From NCBI GenBank assembly GCA_031383435.1, contig JANMZP010000005.1, forward strand, positions 9,007 to 73,006: a DNA stretch of 64,000 bases. The letters run 5' to 3'. Position 1 is the stretch's first letter. Each line of letters opens with the position of its first letter. A model generated the notes under the pieces. It was not told the DNA's origin. It searched no databases and saw only the letters and a list, made by a program, of their open reading frames with translations. Positions 42,117 to 50,882 of this stretch are shown here, in pieces. This DNA comes from Betaproteobacteria bacterium (GTDB lineage Bacteria; Pseudomonadota; Gammaproteobacteria; Burkholderiales; Burkholderiaceae_C). The translations under genes were made by a program, and so were the position numbers.

Positions 42117-43373
42117 ATGAACACTTCAAAAACTCTGGGCCTCAGCGCCCTTGCCATCGCCTTGCCGCTGTCCATCGGCACAGCGCAGGCCACGGCGCTG
42201 TTGCCAGGCTCGCAGTCGGTGAGCTTCGAGCAACTCGACTTCCGTAGCGTGTTCCTGAATTCCAGCATCGCCGAAGTCACCATCGATCTGGCGAACGCCC
42301 GAAGCGCTGCGGGCATCAGCCAGGGCTATATCAACATCGCAGATGCCTCGGGAAACTGGGTGGTCCGCAATCTGCCGGTCTTCGACAGCGCAAGCTTCGG
42401 CTACGGATCCATCAGCACTTCATTCGACCTGGGCACCGCAAACGGAAGCAACGTCACATCCGTGCTCGCTTCAGTGGATTTCTCGGCGGCACCGAGCCTG
42501 AGTTTCGGCGGCGCGCCGCAAGCGGCTTTCACGGTGACAGATGCCGGCTTCGCCGTGGGTGGTTTCGGCGCGACGGCAGCGCCCCGGTACCTGGCCGCTC
42601 CGACGCCCCAGGCAGTGAACTTCACGGCCGGCTTCCTGACCCGCAGCGTGATCCAGAACGGCCATCTCAACCTTCAAGCCGCGAACAACCAGTGCGCGCC
42701 CATGGCCGTTGCCAACAGCCTGCAGTGGCTGAAGACATCGCAGGGCGTTGCGGTGCCTGACACACACAAAGTCGGACTGAAAGGCGACGATTCGCTGGTC
42801 GGCAAGCTGGATGGCACGATGAACCGCGACGTGACCAGCCGGGCCCTGGGCAGCGGGCTCGACGCGCTGCCCATACTCAGCGGCAAACTCGACTATCTGA
42901 AGACGGCCAACCTGGGCAGCCTGATCGTGAAACACCAAGGCCTTCTGGGCGGCGGCGATGTCACGTCGAGCGGCTTGAGTTCCAAAGGCATGGGCACGGC
43001 TATCGACCCGCAATTCATCTTCGACGAACTCCAGCATGGCGAAGACGTTGAACTGGGCTACATCGGTGACGGCGTGGCCCATTTTGTCGACGTCATCGCT
43101 GCGGGCTTTACGTTGGGTGTTCCCTGGATCAAATACGTCTCGGATCACCTGCAAACCGATGTCGATCCGACTGACACCAAAGGTACCGGCAAGGTCGATT
43201 TCAGTTACATCGTCGGCGGCAAACTGGTCGACGAGAAGGACGCGCCGAATATCGCTTTCATCATCACGCAGTCGGTTCCAGAGCCGGCCGAGTACCTGAT
43301 GCTGCTGTTGGGCCTGCCCCTGATGGCCCGTAAAATCAAAGCAGGCCGGGTTCAGCGTTCGGCAGGGCTTTGA
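42117..43373 (+). CDS. secreted PEP-CTERM-anchored protein with putative papain/C39-like cysteine peptidase motif order
   Basis: Start at ATG 42117, preceded by aaggaaag. Signal peptide MNTSKTLGLSALAIALPLSIGTAQA. C-terminal tag VPEPAEYLMLLLGLPLMARKIK. The mature protein has a single Cys, in LQAANNQCAPMAVANSL, and a His in GVAHFVDVIAAG. GC content is markedly below the flanks. Confidence 0.8.
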   Translation: MNTSKTLGLSALAIALPLSIGTAQATALLPGSQSVSFEQLDFRSVFLNSSIAEVTIDLANARSAAGISQGYINIADASGNWVVRNLPVFDSASFGYGSISTSFDLGTANGSNVTSVLASVDFSAAPSLSFGGAPQAAFTVTDAGFAVGGFGATAAPRYLAAPTPQAVNFTAGFLTRSVIQNGHLNLQAANNQCAPMAVANSLQWLKTSQGVAVPDTHKVGLKGDDSLVGKLDGTMNRDVTSRALGSGLDALPILSGKLDYLKTANLGSLIVKHQGLLGGGDVTSSGLSSKGMGTAIDPQFIFDELQHGEDVELGYIGDGVAHFVDVIAAGFTLGVPWIKYVSDHLQTDVDPTDTKGTGKVDFSYIVGGKLVDEKDAPNIAFIITQSVPEPAEYLMLLLGLPLMARKIKAGRVQRSAGL

Positions 43374-43429
43374 TGCCGTTGGACCGCCGGATGAGGGGCG
43401 GCCTGCGCTGGCCGTGGCCCCGGTTCACC

Positions 43430-44422
43430 ATGACGGGAGTCACCTTGTTCAAGCGTCGAGATGGTTTGTTCCTGGCCGCCTGGCTGATCTGCAGCCCAAC
43501 GATGGCGCAGTCACGAACCACCAGGTTGGTGGTGCCCTACCCACCCGGCGGCCCGCTGGACATCGTTGCCCGCCTGCTCGCCGAGAAGGTGAAAGACAGC
43601 CTGGGCCCGGTGGTCGTCGAAAACCGCCCCGGTGCCGGTGGCAACCTGGGCGCCGACCTGGTGGCCAAGGCCGCGCCCGACGGCCTGACGCTGGTGATGG
43701 GCGCAGTGGCCACGCACGCCATCAACCCGTGGCTGTACAGCAAGATGCCTTACGACGCGCAGCGCGATTTCACGCCCATCACGCTGGTGGCGCAGGTGCC
43801 CAATGTGCTGGTGGTGAACGCCGAGGCCGCCGCGAAGCTGGGCATCGCCTCGCTGGCCGACCTGGTGGCCTACGCCCGCAAGAACCCGGGCCGGCTGAAC
43901 TACGGCAGCGGCGGCAACGGCAGCGCAGGCCACTTGGCCGGCGAGATGTTCAAGTCGCAGGCGCAATTGTTCGCGGTGCACATACCCTACGCCGGTGGCC
44001 CGCCCGCGCAACTGGCACTGGTGGCCGGCCAGGTCGATTTCAACTTCGACAACCTGGCGGCCGCATCGGCCAACATCAAGAGCGGCAAATTGAAGGCGCT
44101 GGCCGTGACCACGTCCCGGCGGTCGCCCGCGCTGCCGGACGTACCCACCGTGGCCGAGGCCGGCGCGGCCCTGGGCCTGCAGCGCTTCGACATCAGCACC
44201 TGGTTCGGCCTGTTCGCGCCTGCCGGGCTCAGCGCTGACGTCACGGCCAAGCTCAACAAGGCCTTCGTGGACGCGCTGGCTGCGCAAGACGTGAAGGCGC
44301 GGCTGGCCTCGCTGATGGCGGAGCCTTCACCGACGACGACGCAACAGTTCGCGGCCTTCGTGAAGGCCGAACTGGGCAAGTACGAAACGGTCGTGAAGGC
44401 GAGCGGTGCCAAGGCCGATTGA
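43430..44422 (+). CDS. Bug-family (TctC-like) tripartite tricarboxylate transporter substrate-binding protein, orphan
   Basis: VVPYPPGGPLDIVARLLAEK...ENRPGAGGNLGADLVAKAAPDGLTL is the Bug family signature. Start chosen at ATG 43430 (MTGVTLFKRRDGLFLAAWLICSPTMAQS, a signal peptide); an earlier start at 43373 is possible. Confidence 0.88.
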   Translation: MTGVTLFKRRDGLFLAAWLICSPTMAQSRTTRLVVPYPPGGPLDIVARLLAEKVKDSLGPVVVENRPGAGGNLGADLVAKAAPDGLTLVMGAVATHAINPWLYSKMPYDAQRDFTPITLVAQVPNVLVVNAEAAAKLGIASLADLVAYARKNPGRLNYGSGGNGSAGHLAGEMFKSQAQLFAVHIPYAGGPPAQLALVAGQVDFNFDNLAAASANIKSGKLKALAVTTSRRSPALPDVPTVAEAGAALGLQRFDISTWFGLFAPAGLSADVTAKLNKAFVDALAAQDVKARLASLMAEPSPTTTQQFAAFVKAELGKYETVVKASGAKAD

Positions 44423-44436
44423 CTGACCGGGCCACC

Positions 44437-44520
44437 CGCCGCGGAACCGGCTTTGCCGGGCCGCTGGCGGGGCATCCGCCTCGGGGGGGGGGCCAGCGAG
44501 CGCTGGCGAGCCGGGGGGCC
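44437..44520. repeat. REP-like intergenic element, copy A (immediately 3' of livF)
   Basis: A 32-nt block, cgccgcGgaaccggctttgccgggccgctggc, matches 55824..55855 at 31 of 32 positions. It is followed by a GCTGGC...GCCAGC hairpin and a G10 tract (44483..44492). Confidence 0.75.
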
Positions 44521-45234
44521 TCATTCCCCCAGGTAGGCAGCCCGCACCCGCGGGTCGTTGAGCAAGGCCTTGGCGTCGCCGCTCATCGTGATTTCGCCCG
44601 ACTCCATCACGTAGCCCCGGTTGGCCAGGGCCAGCGCGCGGCTGGCGTTCTGCTCGACCAGCAGCACCGTGGTGCCGGCGGCATGCACTTCGGCGATGGT
44701 CTCGAAGATCTTGTCCACCATGATCGGCGACAGGCCCATGCTGGGCTCGTCCAGCAGCAGCACCTTGGGCCGCGCCATCAGCGCACGGCCCATGGCCAGC
44801 ATCTGTTGTTCGCCACCGCTCATGGTGCCGGCCAGTTGCGCGCGGCGCTCTTTCAGGCGCGGAAAGCGCGCGAAAACCCGCTCGAGGTCGGCCGCAATCT
44901 CGCTGTCGTTGCGGACGAAAGCGCCCATCTGCAGGTTTTCGGTGATGGTCATGCGCGTGAAGGTGCCTCGGCCCTCCGGCACCATCACCAGGCCCTGCTT
45001 GACCAGGTCCCAGGGGCCCTGACCCCGGATGCTCTGGCCCATGAACAGGATGTCGCCATCGGCCACGGCCTGGGTGCCGGTGACAGCCTTCAGCGTGGTG
45101 GTCTTGCCCGCGCCGTTGGCACCGATCAGGCTGACCAGTTCGCCCTGCTGGACTTCGAAGCTCACGCCCTTCACGGCCTGGATGCCGCCGTAGGCCACCT
45201 TCAGACCACTGACTTTCAACATCGTGATGCTCAT
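44521..45234 (-). CDS. livF: branched-chain amino acid ABC transporter ATP-binding protein
   Basis: Start at ATG 45234 (MSITMLKVSGLKVAYGG). Walker A GANGAGKTT, signature MSGGEQQMLAMGRAL. 237 aa with an ATGA overlap with livG. The 532-aa ORF in the track is an out-of-frame read-through. Confidence 0.93.
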   Translation of the reverse strand: MSITMLKVSGLKVAYGGIQAVKGVSFEVQQGELVSLIGANGAGKTTTLKAVTGTQAVADGDILFMGQSIRGQGPWDLVKQGLVMVPEGRGTFTRMTITENLQMGAFVRNDSEIAADLERVFARFPRLKERRAQLAGTMSGGEQQMLAMGRALMARPKVLLLDEPSMGLSPIMVDKIFETIAEVHAAGTTVLLVEQNASRALALANRGYVMESGEITMSGDAKALLNDPRVRAAYLGE

Positions 45235-46001
45235 GCGTGCCCCGCTCCGAGATAAGCCTCTATGACCTTCTCGTTTTTCTGCACCTCGGCCGGTGTGCCT
45301 TCGGCGATCTGCTTGCCGTAGTCGAGCACGGTGACGCGGTTGCACAGGCCCATCACCAGTTTCACGTCGTGCTCGATCAGCAAGATGGTGCGGCCGTCGT
45401 TGCGGATGCGGTCGATCAATTCGCGCAGCACCACCTTCTCGGTGGCGTTCATGCCGGCCGCCGGTTCGTCCAGCGCGATCAGCTTGGGGTCGGTGGCCAG
45501 GGCGCGCGCAATCTCGAGCCGGCGCTGGTCGCCATAGCTCAGGGTGCGGGCCTTGAAGTCGGCGTATTTGTTGATGCCCACATAGTCCAGCAGTTCCAGT
45601 GAACGCTGGCGGATGGCCGCTTCCTCGGCCTTGAAAGAGGCGGTGCGAAAGACCGCGCCGACGAGGCCCGAATGGGTGCGCACGTGGCGACCGACCATGA
45701 CGTTTTCCAGCGCCGTCATCTCGGCAAACAAGCGGATGTTCTGGAAGGTGCGCGCGATGCCGGCCTTGGCCACTTCGTGCACCGCGCTGGGTTTGTAGGG
45801 CGCGCCGCCCAACTCGAAGCTGCCGCTGTCGGGCGTGTACAGGCCAGTGATGACGTTGAAGAACGTCGTCTTGCCAGCGCCATTGGGGCCGATGAGGCCG
45901 TAGACCTGCCCGGCTTCGATGCTGACGCCCACATCGGACAGCGCCTGCAACCCGCCGAAGCGCTTGCTGACGCCTGCCACCTTGAGTACGGTTTGTGCCA
46001 T
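45231..46001 (-). CDS. livG: branched-chain amino acid ABC transporter ATP-binding protein
   Basis: MAQTVLKVAGVSKRFGGLQAL, Walker A GPNGAGKTT, signature LSYGDQRRLEIARAL. Confidence 0.93.
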   Translation of the reverse strand: MAQTVLKVAGVSKRFGGLQALSDVGVSIEAGQVYGLIGPNGAGKTTFFNVITGLYTPDSGSFELGGAPYKPSAVHEVAKAGIARTFQNIRLFAEMTALENVMVGRHVRTHSGLVGAVFRTASFKAEEAAIRQRSLELLDYVGINKYADFKARTLSYGDQRRLEIARALATDPKLIALDEPAAGMNATEKVVLRELIDRIRNDGRTILLIEHDVKLVMGLCNRVTVLDYGKQIAEGTPAEVQKNEKVIEAYLGAGHA

Positions 46002-46015
46002 GTTTCGGTGCCCTC

Positions 46016-47143
46016 TCAGCGCGCGGCCGGGCCTGTGGAAGGGCTCGCGGACGGGCTCGCGGTCGCCGGCACCGCCGCCGGTGCCGCCTTGCCATGCTCA
46101 CGCGCCGGCCACAGGCCACGCGGCCGCGACAGCATGATGCCGATCATGGCCAGCGCAATCAGCAACTGGCGCAGGATGGACGCGTCCAGCCGTCCCCCCG
46201 TCATGGCCTGCAGCGGCCCGGCCACGTAGCGCAGCACCTCGGGCAAGGCCGCCAGCATCACCGCGCCCAGGATCACACCCGGCAGGTGGCCGATGCCGCC
46301 CAGCACCACCATGGCCACGATCATCACGCTCTCTTGCAGGCTGAAGGATTCAGGGCTGACGAAGCCCTGGAAGGCCGCGAACATGGCGCCCGACACGCCG
46401 CCGAAAGTGGCCCCCATGCCGAAGGCCAGCAGCTTCATGTTGCGGGTGTTGATGCCCATGGCCTTGGCCGCGATCTCGTCTTCGCGGATGGCCATCCAGG
46501 CGCGCCCGATGCGCGAGGTTTCCAGGTGCTGGCAAACCACGACACTGAGCACCACCAGGAACAGGAACAGGTAGTAGTACAGCGTCACGCTGCTGATGCG
46601 GTAGTCGCCGATGTCCAGGGCCTTGCCGAAGCTGAAGCCGAAGAGGTTCATCGAGTCGATGCGGTCCAGGCCCCTGGGACCATTGGTGATGTTGATGGGC
46701 TGTTCCAGGTTGTTCATGAAGACCCGGATGATTTCGCCAAAACCCAGGGTGACGATGGCCAGGTAGTCGCCGCGCAACTTCAGCACCGGGGTGCCCAGCA
46801 ACACACCGGCGATGGCCGCCAGGCCCGCCGCCAAGGGCACCACGGCCCACACCGGGGTGTGCATGCCGCCCGGGAACAAGGATGCGATCCACGGGAAGTT
46901 CTCGACCAGGTGCGGGCTGGCCAGCAGCGCGTACATGTAGGCCCCCACGGCGTAGAAAGCGACGTAGCCCAGGTCGAGCAGGCCGGCGTAGCCGACCACG
47001 ATGTTCAGGCCCAGCGCCAGCAGCACATACAGCAGCGACAGCGCCATGATGCGCACCCAGCCCTGGCCGAAGTGCTGGCCGATCAACGGCAAGGCCAGCA
47101 GCAGGGTGGCGCACAGCGCGAAGACGACGAATTTGTTTTTCAT
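46016..47143 (-). CDS. livM: branched-chain amino acid ABC transporter permease
   Basis: 375 aa. LivM-type TM pattern (GLNIVVGYAGLLDLGYVAFYAVGAY). Confidence 0.9.
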   Translation of the reverse strand: MKNKFVVFALCATLLLALPLIGQHFGQGWVRIMALSLLYVLLALGLNIVVGYAGLLDLGYVAFYAVGAYMYALLASPHLVENFPWIASLFPGGMHTPVWAVVPLAAGLAAIAGVLLGTPVLKLRGDYLAIVTLGFGEIIRVFMNNLEQPINITNGPRGLDRIDSMNLFGFSFGKALDIGDYRISSVTLYYYLFLFLVVLSVVVCQHLETSRIGRAWMAIREDEIAAKAMGINTRNMKLLAFGMGATFGGVSGAMFAAFQGFVSPESFSLQESVMIVAMVVLGGIGHLPGVILGAVMLAALPEVLRYVAGPLQAMTGGRLDASILRQLLIALAMIGIMLSRPRGLWPAREHGKAAPAAVPATASPSASPSTGPAAR

Positions 47144-47156
47144 GCGGATGCGTCCT

Positions 47157-48080
47157 TCAGGCGCGGTCGGCGACGCGTTCGCCCAGCAAACCGGCAGGCC
47201 GAAGCGTCAACACGAGGATCAGCGCCGCGAAAGCGAAGATGTCGGCGTACTGGCTGCCGAGCACGCCGCCGGTCAGGGCCCCCAGATAGCCCGCGCCCAT
47301 CGCTTCGACCAGACCCAGCAAGACCCCGCCCACCACCGCGCCGGCGAGGTTGCCGATGCCGCCCAGCACCGCCGCCGTGAAGGCTTTCAGCCCGGGCAAA
47401 AAGCCCATGCTGTGTTGCACGGTGCCGTAGTTGGCGGCCCACATCACGCCGGCCACGGCGGCCAGTGCGGCACCGATAACGAAGGTGGCCGAGATGACCA
47501 TGTCGGGCCGCACACCCATCAGCGCGGCCACGCGCGGGTTCTCGGCGGTGGCGCGCATCGCGCGGCCCAGCTTGGTGCGGTTCACCAGGTACATCAGGGC
47601 CGCCAGCAGCACCGCCGTGACGCCCAGGATCAGGCACTGCGTGACGCTGATGACCGGCCCGCCCAGGTGGATGGGCTCGGTGGGCAGCAGCAGCGGGTAA
47701 GGCTTGGGGTTGGGCTTCCAGATGATCATGGCCAGCGTCTGCAGCAGCAGGCTCATGCCCATGGCGGTGATCAGCGGGGCCAGGCGCGGGGCATTGCGCA
47801 GTGGGCGGTAGGCCAGCTTCTCGATCAGGAAATTCAGTGCCGCGCAAACCACGATGGCGCACAGCAGCGACACCCCCATCAGGGCCCAGCCCGGCAGGCC
47901 CGACCCGGCCAGCACGGTGACCACGGTCCAGCTGACCAGCGCGCCCACCATCAGGACTTCACCGTGGGCGAAGTTGATGAGGTTGATGATCCCGTAGACC
48001 ATGGTGTAGCCCAGCGCCACCAGCGCGTACATCGCGCCCAGCACCAAGCCGTTGATGATCTGCTGGAAGAAGGTTTCCAT
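47157..48080 (-). CDS. livH: branched-chain amino acid ABC transporter permease
   Basis: Start at ATG 48080 (METFFQQIINGLVLGAMYALVALGYTMVYGIINLINFAHGE). Confidence 0.9.
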   Translation of the reverse strand: METFFQQIINGLVLGAMYALVALGYTMVYGIINLINFAHGEVLMVGALVSWTVVTVLAGSGLPGWALMGVSLLCAIVVCAALNFLIEKLAYRPLRNAPRLAPLITAMGMSLLLQTLAMIIWKPNPKPYPLLLPTEPIHLGGPVISVTQCLILGVTAVLLAALMYLVNRTKLGRAMRATAENPRVAALMGVRPDMVISATFVIGAALAAVAGVMWAANYGTVQHSMGFLPGLKAFTAAVLGGIGNLAGAVVGGVLLGLVEAMGAGYLGALTGGVLGSQYADIFAFAALILVLTLRPAGLLGERVADRA

Positions 48081-48181
48081 TGCAAGCTGACTCCTGTTGC
48101 GGCGCTGACCGCACCGGCCGCGCTGACCGCAGCCCGCGGCCCGCGGCCCGCGAAGGCTAATGCAAGAAACCGGCCTCGCGG

Positions 48182-49504
48182 TCAACGCTGCTGCGATGAC
48201 TCGGCATCCAGGCGGCGCAACTCGGCCAGCCGCTCGGCAATGCGCTGCTCCAGGCCGCGTGGCACGGGCTCGTAAAAGCGCTGCATCGGCAGGCCTTCAG
48301 GCAGGTAGCGCTCGCCGGCCGCGTAGCCGCCCGCCTCGTCGTGGGCGTAGCGGTAGCCCGCACCATGGCCCAGGCCTTTCATCAGCTTCGTCGGCGCATT
48401 GCGCAGGTGCAGGGGCACCGGCCGTGAACCGTCGTTGCGCACCACCTCGCGCACCGCGTTCCAGGCCTTGTAGACGGCGTTCGATTTCGGCGCGATGGCC
48501 AGGTAGACCACGGCCTGCGCCAGCGCCAGTTCACCTTCCGGCGAGCCCAGGCGTTCGTAGACCTCGGCGGCGTCCAGCGTCAGGCGCAAGGCCCGCGCAT
48601 CGGCCAGGCCGATGTCTTCGCTGGCCATGCGGATGAGCCGCCGCGCGGCGTAACGCGGGTCCATGCCGGCGTCCAGCAGCCGGGCCAGCCAGTACAGCGA
48701 AGCGTCGGGGTCGGAACCGCGAACGGCCTTGTGCAGCGCCGAGATGGTGTCGTAGTAGACGTCGCCGCCCTTGTCACCCCGGCGCAGCAGTTCGCCCAGC
48801 GTGGCTTCCAGCTGCGCCTCGCCCAGTTCGGCCGCGCCGGTGTTGGCGGCGGCCAGGTTTTCATAGGCGTTCAGCAGGCGGCGGGCGTCGCCGTCGGCAT
48901 GCGCCACCAGACGTTCATGGGCCGCGGCGCTCAGCGGCGGCGCTTGCAGCAGGGCCTGCGCGCGGGTGATGAGTTCGCCCAGGTCGGCATCCATCAAAGA
49001 CTTCAGCACATGCACGGTGGAACGCGACAGCAAGGCCGAGTTGACTTCGAAGGACGGGTTCTCGGTGGTCGCACCGATGAAGCTGAACAGCCCGCCCTCC
49101 ACGTGCGGCAGGAAGGCATCTTGCTGCGCCTTGTTGAAGCGGTGCACCTCGTCCACGAAGACCACCGTGGACCGCCCGGCCTTGCGCAGCGCCGCCGCTT
49201 GTTCGACGGCTTCGCGGATGTCCTTCACGCCGGCCAGCACCGCCGACAGCACGATGAAATGCGAACCGGTGGCCGCGGCCAGCAGGCGCGCCAGTGTGGT
49301 CTTGCCAACGCCCGGCGGGCCCCACAGGATCATCGACGGCAGGCGGCCTGACTCGAAAGCCACGCGCAGCGGGCGGCCTGCGGCCAGCAGGTGGCGCTGG
49401 CCCACGACCTCGTCCAGGTGGCGCGGACGCAGCCTCTCGGCCAGTGGCGCGCCCGCAGGGGTGGCGGGTGTGGGATCGGCGAAAAGCGCGTCTTGGGTGG
49501 CCAT
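48182..49504 (-). CDS. rarA: replication-associated recombination protein A (AAA+ ATPase)
   Basis: Start at ATG 49504 (MATQDALF...). Walker [10 protein letters not shown], Walker [13 protein letters not shown], and the MgsA C-terminal domain ([27 protein letters not shown]). Confidence 0.93.
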   Translation of the reverse strand: MATQDALFADPTPATPAGAPLAERLRPRHLDEVVGQRHLLAAGRPLRVAFESGRLPSMILWGPPGVGKTTLARLLAAATGSHFIVLSAVLAGVKDIREAVEQAAALRKAGRSTVVFVDEVHRFNKAQQDAFLPHVEGGLFSFIGATTENPSFEVNSALLSRSTVHVLKSLMDADLGELITRAQALLQAPPLSAAAHERLVAHADGDARRLLNAYENLAAANTGAAELGEAQLEATLGELLRRGDKGGDVYYDTISALHKAVRGSDPDASLYWLARLLDAGMDPRYAARRLIRMASEDIGLADARALRLTLDAAEVYERLGSPEGELALAQAVVYLAIAPKSNAVYKAWNAVREVVRNDGSRPVPLHLRNAPTKLMKGLGHGAGYRYAHDEAGGYAAGERYLPEGLPMQRFYEPVPRGLEQRIAERLAELRRLDAESSQQR

Positions 49505-49652
49505 GGCCGGATTGTCGCTGCCCCCCACCCTGTGGCTTGCTCAGCGGCGGCGGCCCGCACCTGGCAGCGGAACTGACCGGTACCCCACCCGCTTTTCGCC
49601 GGCTGCGCGCCAGCGCGCCGGCTCGACACTGCAGGCCGCCCGTTCCGGGACC

Positions 49653-50226
49653 ATGGCCCGGTGTGCGGGCACGCCAAAAGGACCGCCGCCTGAGCACCGC
49701 CGCCTGAGCACCGCCCAGACCACCAGCCCAGCCGCCGCTTGCGCACCTGAGGCGGCGCGGCATCTCGGTGTGCGCGAATACCTGTCGTTCAAGTTGGGCA
49801 CCGAGGAATACGGCATCGACATCCTGCGCGTGCAGGAAATCCGGGGCCACGAGCCGCCGACGCGCATTGCCAACGCAGCCGATTTCATCAAGGGCGTGAT
49901 CAACCTGCGCAGTGTCATCGTGCCCATCGTCGACATTCGTTTGCGCTTCGGCCTGCAAGACACGTCCTACAGCGGCACCACAGTGACTCGTGCTGAACAT
50001 CGCCGGCCGCACCGTCGGCATGGTGGTCGATTCGGTCAGCGATGTGATCGAATTGCAGCCCGCCCAGATCAAGGCCGCGCCTGAATTCAGCGGTGCGGTG
50101 CAAGCCAGTTGCATCACCGGGCTGGGCACCGTCCGCAGCGGCGAGCTGGAACGCATGCTGATCCTGATGGACATCGAACAGCTGATGCGCAGCCCCGAGA
50201 TGGAGCTGGCCGACGTGCTGCACTGA
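49653..50226 (+). pseudogene. cheW: cheW-like coupling protein interrupted by a frameshift near 49984-49989
   Basis: Frame 0 gives [60 protein letters not shown]...GTTV. Frame +1, from 49987, gives [34 protein letters not shown]...MLILMDIEQLM. Joined, the two parts form a complete CheW domain. The start is uncertain (ATG 49653 or GTG 49770). Confidence 0.75.
49683..49710. repeat. perfect 14-nt tandem duplication (ccgccgcctgagca x2)
   Basis: Read directly from the sequence. It lies in the 5' region or leader of the cheW-like gene. Confidence 0.9.
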
Positions 50227-50255
50227 CCGGCTGGCCGGCCGACTGGCTGCCCGAA

Positions 50256-50882
50256 CTACTGCTCGATGACGTCAGCGCCCGCTGGCGGCGTGTAGTTGAA
50301 TCGTGCGGCGTCCAGCACCACATTGGTCTCGAAGCGGCTGAACTGCAGCAGCGAACGCTGGCCGAAGCTGTCGACGATTTCCACCGCCTGCAATTCACGG
50401 CCCTTGAAGCCGACGCGCATGCTCTGGAACGGTCCGTCCTTGGCCTTGGGTGTGGCCAGGGCCCAGTCCAGGCCGTCTTTCGCTGGCTGCGGTGTCAGCA
50501 CGAAATCGGTGTCCAGCGAAGCGCCCGTCAACAACGCAGCAGGCGTCGCGCCCAGGGCCTGCGCCAGCTTGCGCGAACTGGCCTGGTTCAGGTCGGCGTC
50601 GTAAATCCAGACCTTGACACCGTCGGCCACGATGAGTTGCTCGAAGGGCTTGCTGTAGTTGAAGCGGAAGCGGCCCGGGCGCAGGAATTCGAACTGCCCG
50701 CTGGAGATTTTCTTGCGCGCGCCGTCGGTGGAAGTCACGGTCTGGCTGAAGGCCGAGCGGCCGCTCTTCACGTCGCGCACGAAGTCGCGCAGGGTGTCCA
50801 CGGCGTCGGCTTGCGCAGCCAGCGCGGCGCTCAACAGGGCCGCCACCAACAACAACTGCTTCAGATTCATCAGAGCCTTCAT
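50256..50882 (-). CDS. lolA: outer-membrane lipoprotein chaperone
   Basis: Signal peptide plus LolA motifs (FSQTVTS...[15 protein letters not shown]...[16 protein letters not shown]). ATGA overlap with the ftsK stop. Confidence 0.9.
   Translation of the reverse strand: MKALMNLKQLLLVAALLSAALAAQADAVDTLRDFVRDVKSGRSAFSQTVTSTDGARKKISSGQFEFLRPGRFRFNYSKPFEQLIVADGVKVWIYDADLNQASSRKLAQALGATPAALLTGASLDTDFVLTPQPAKDGLDWALATPKAKDGPFQSMRVGFKGRELQAVEIVDSFGQRSLLQFSRFETNVVLDAARFNYTPPAGADVIEQ

Noticed and set aside
44521-46119. Single 532-aa ORF covering livF and livG.
   Set aside because: Only the C-terminal 237 aa (from MSITMLKV at 45234) is LivF. The N-terminal part is an out-of-frame overlap of the genuine livG (45231..46001), which has its own Walker and signature motifs.
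48081-48181. Direct repeats (gcgctgaccgca x2, cccgcgg x3) in the livH leader, considered as a possible riboswitch, attenuator or leader peptide.
   Set aside because: I found no recognisable riboswitch fold, no Leu/Ile/Val-rich leader ORF, and no terminator/antiterminator pair. It is probably just GC-rich spacer between the rarA stop and the livH start.
49560-49580. TGGCAG-N5-CTGA upstream of cheW, considered as a sigma-54 promoter.
   Set aside because: The -12 element does not match TTGC/TGC, and there is no enhancer-binding protein context.
48966-49652. Long 5' part of the 372-aa plus-strand ORF 48966..50084.
   Set aside because: It is antisense to rarA. Only the last ~75 codons ([17 protein letters not shown]...) show CheW homology.
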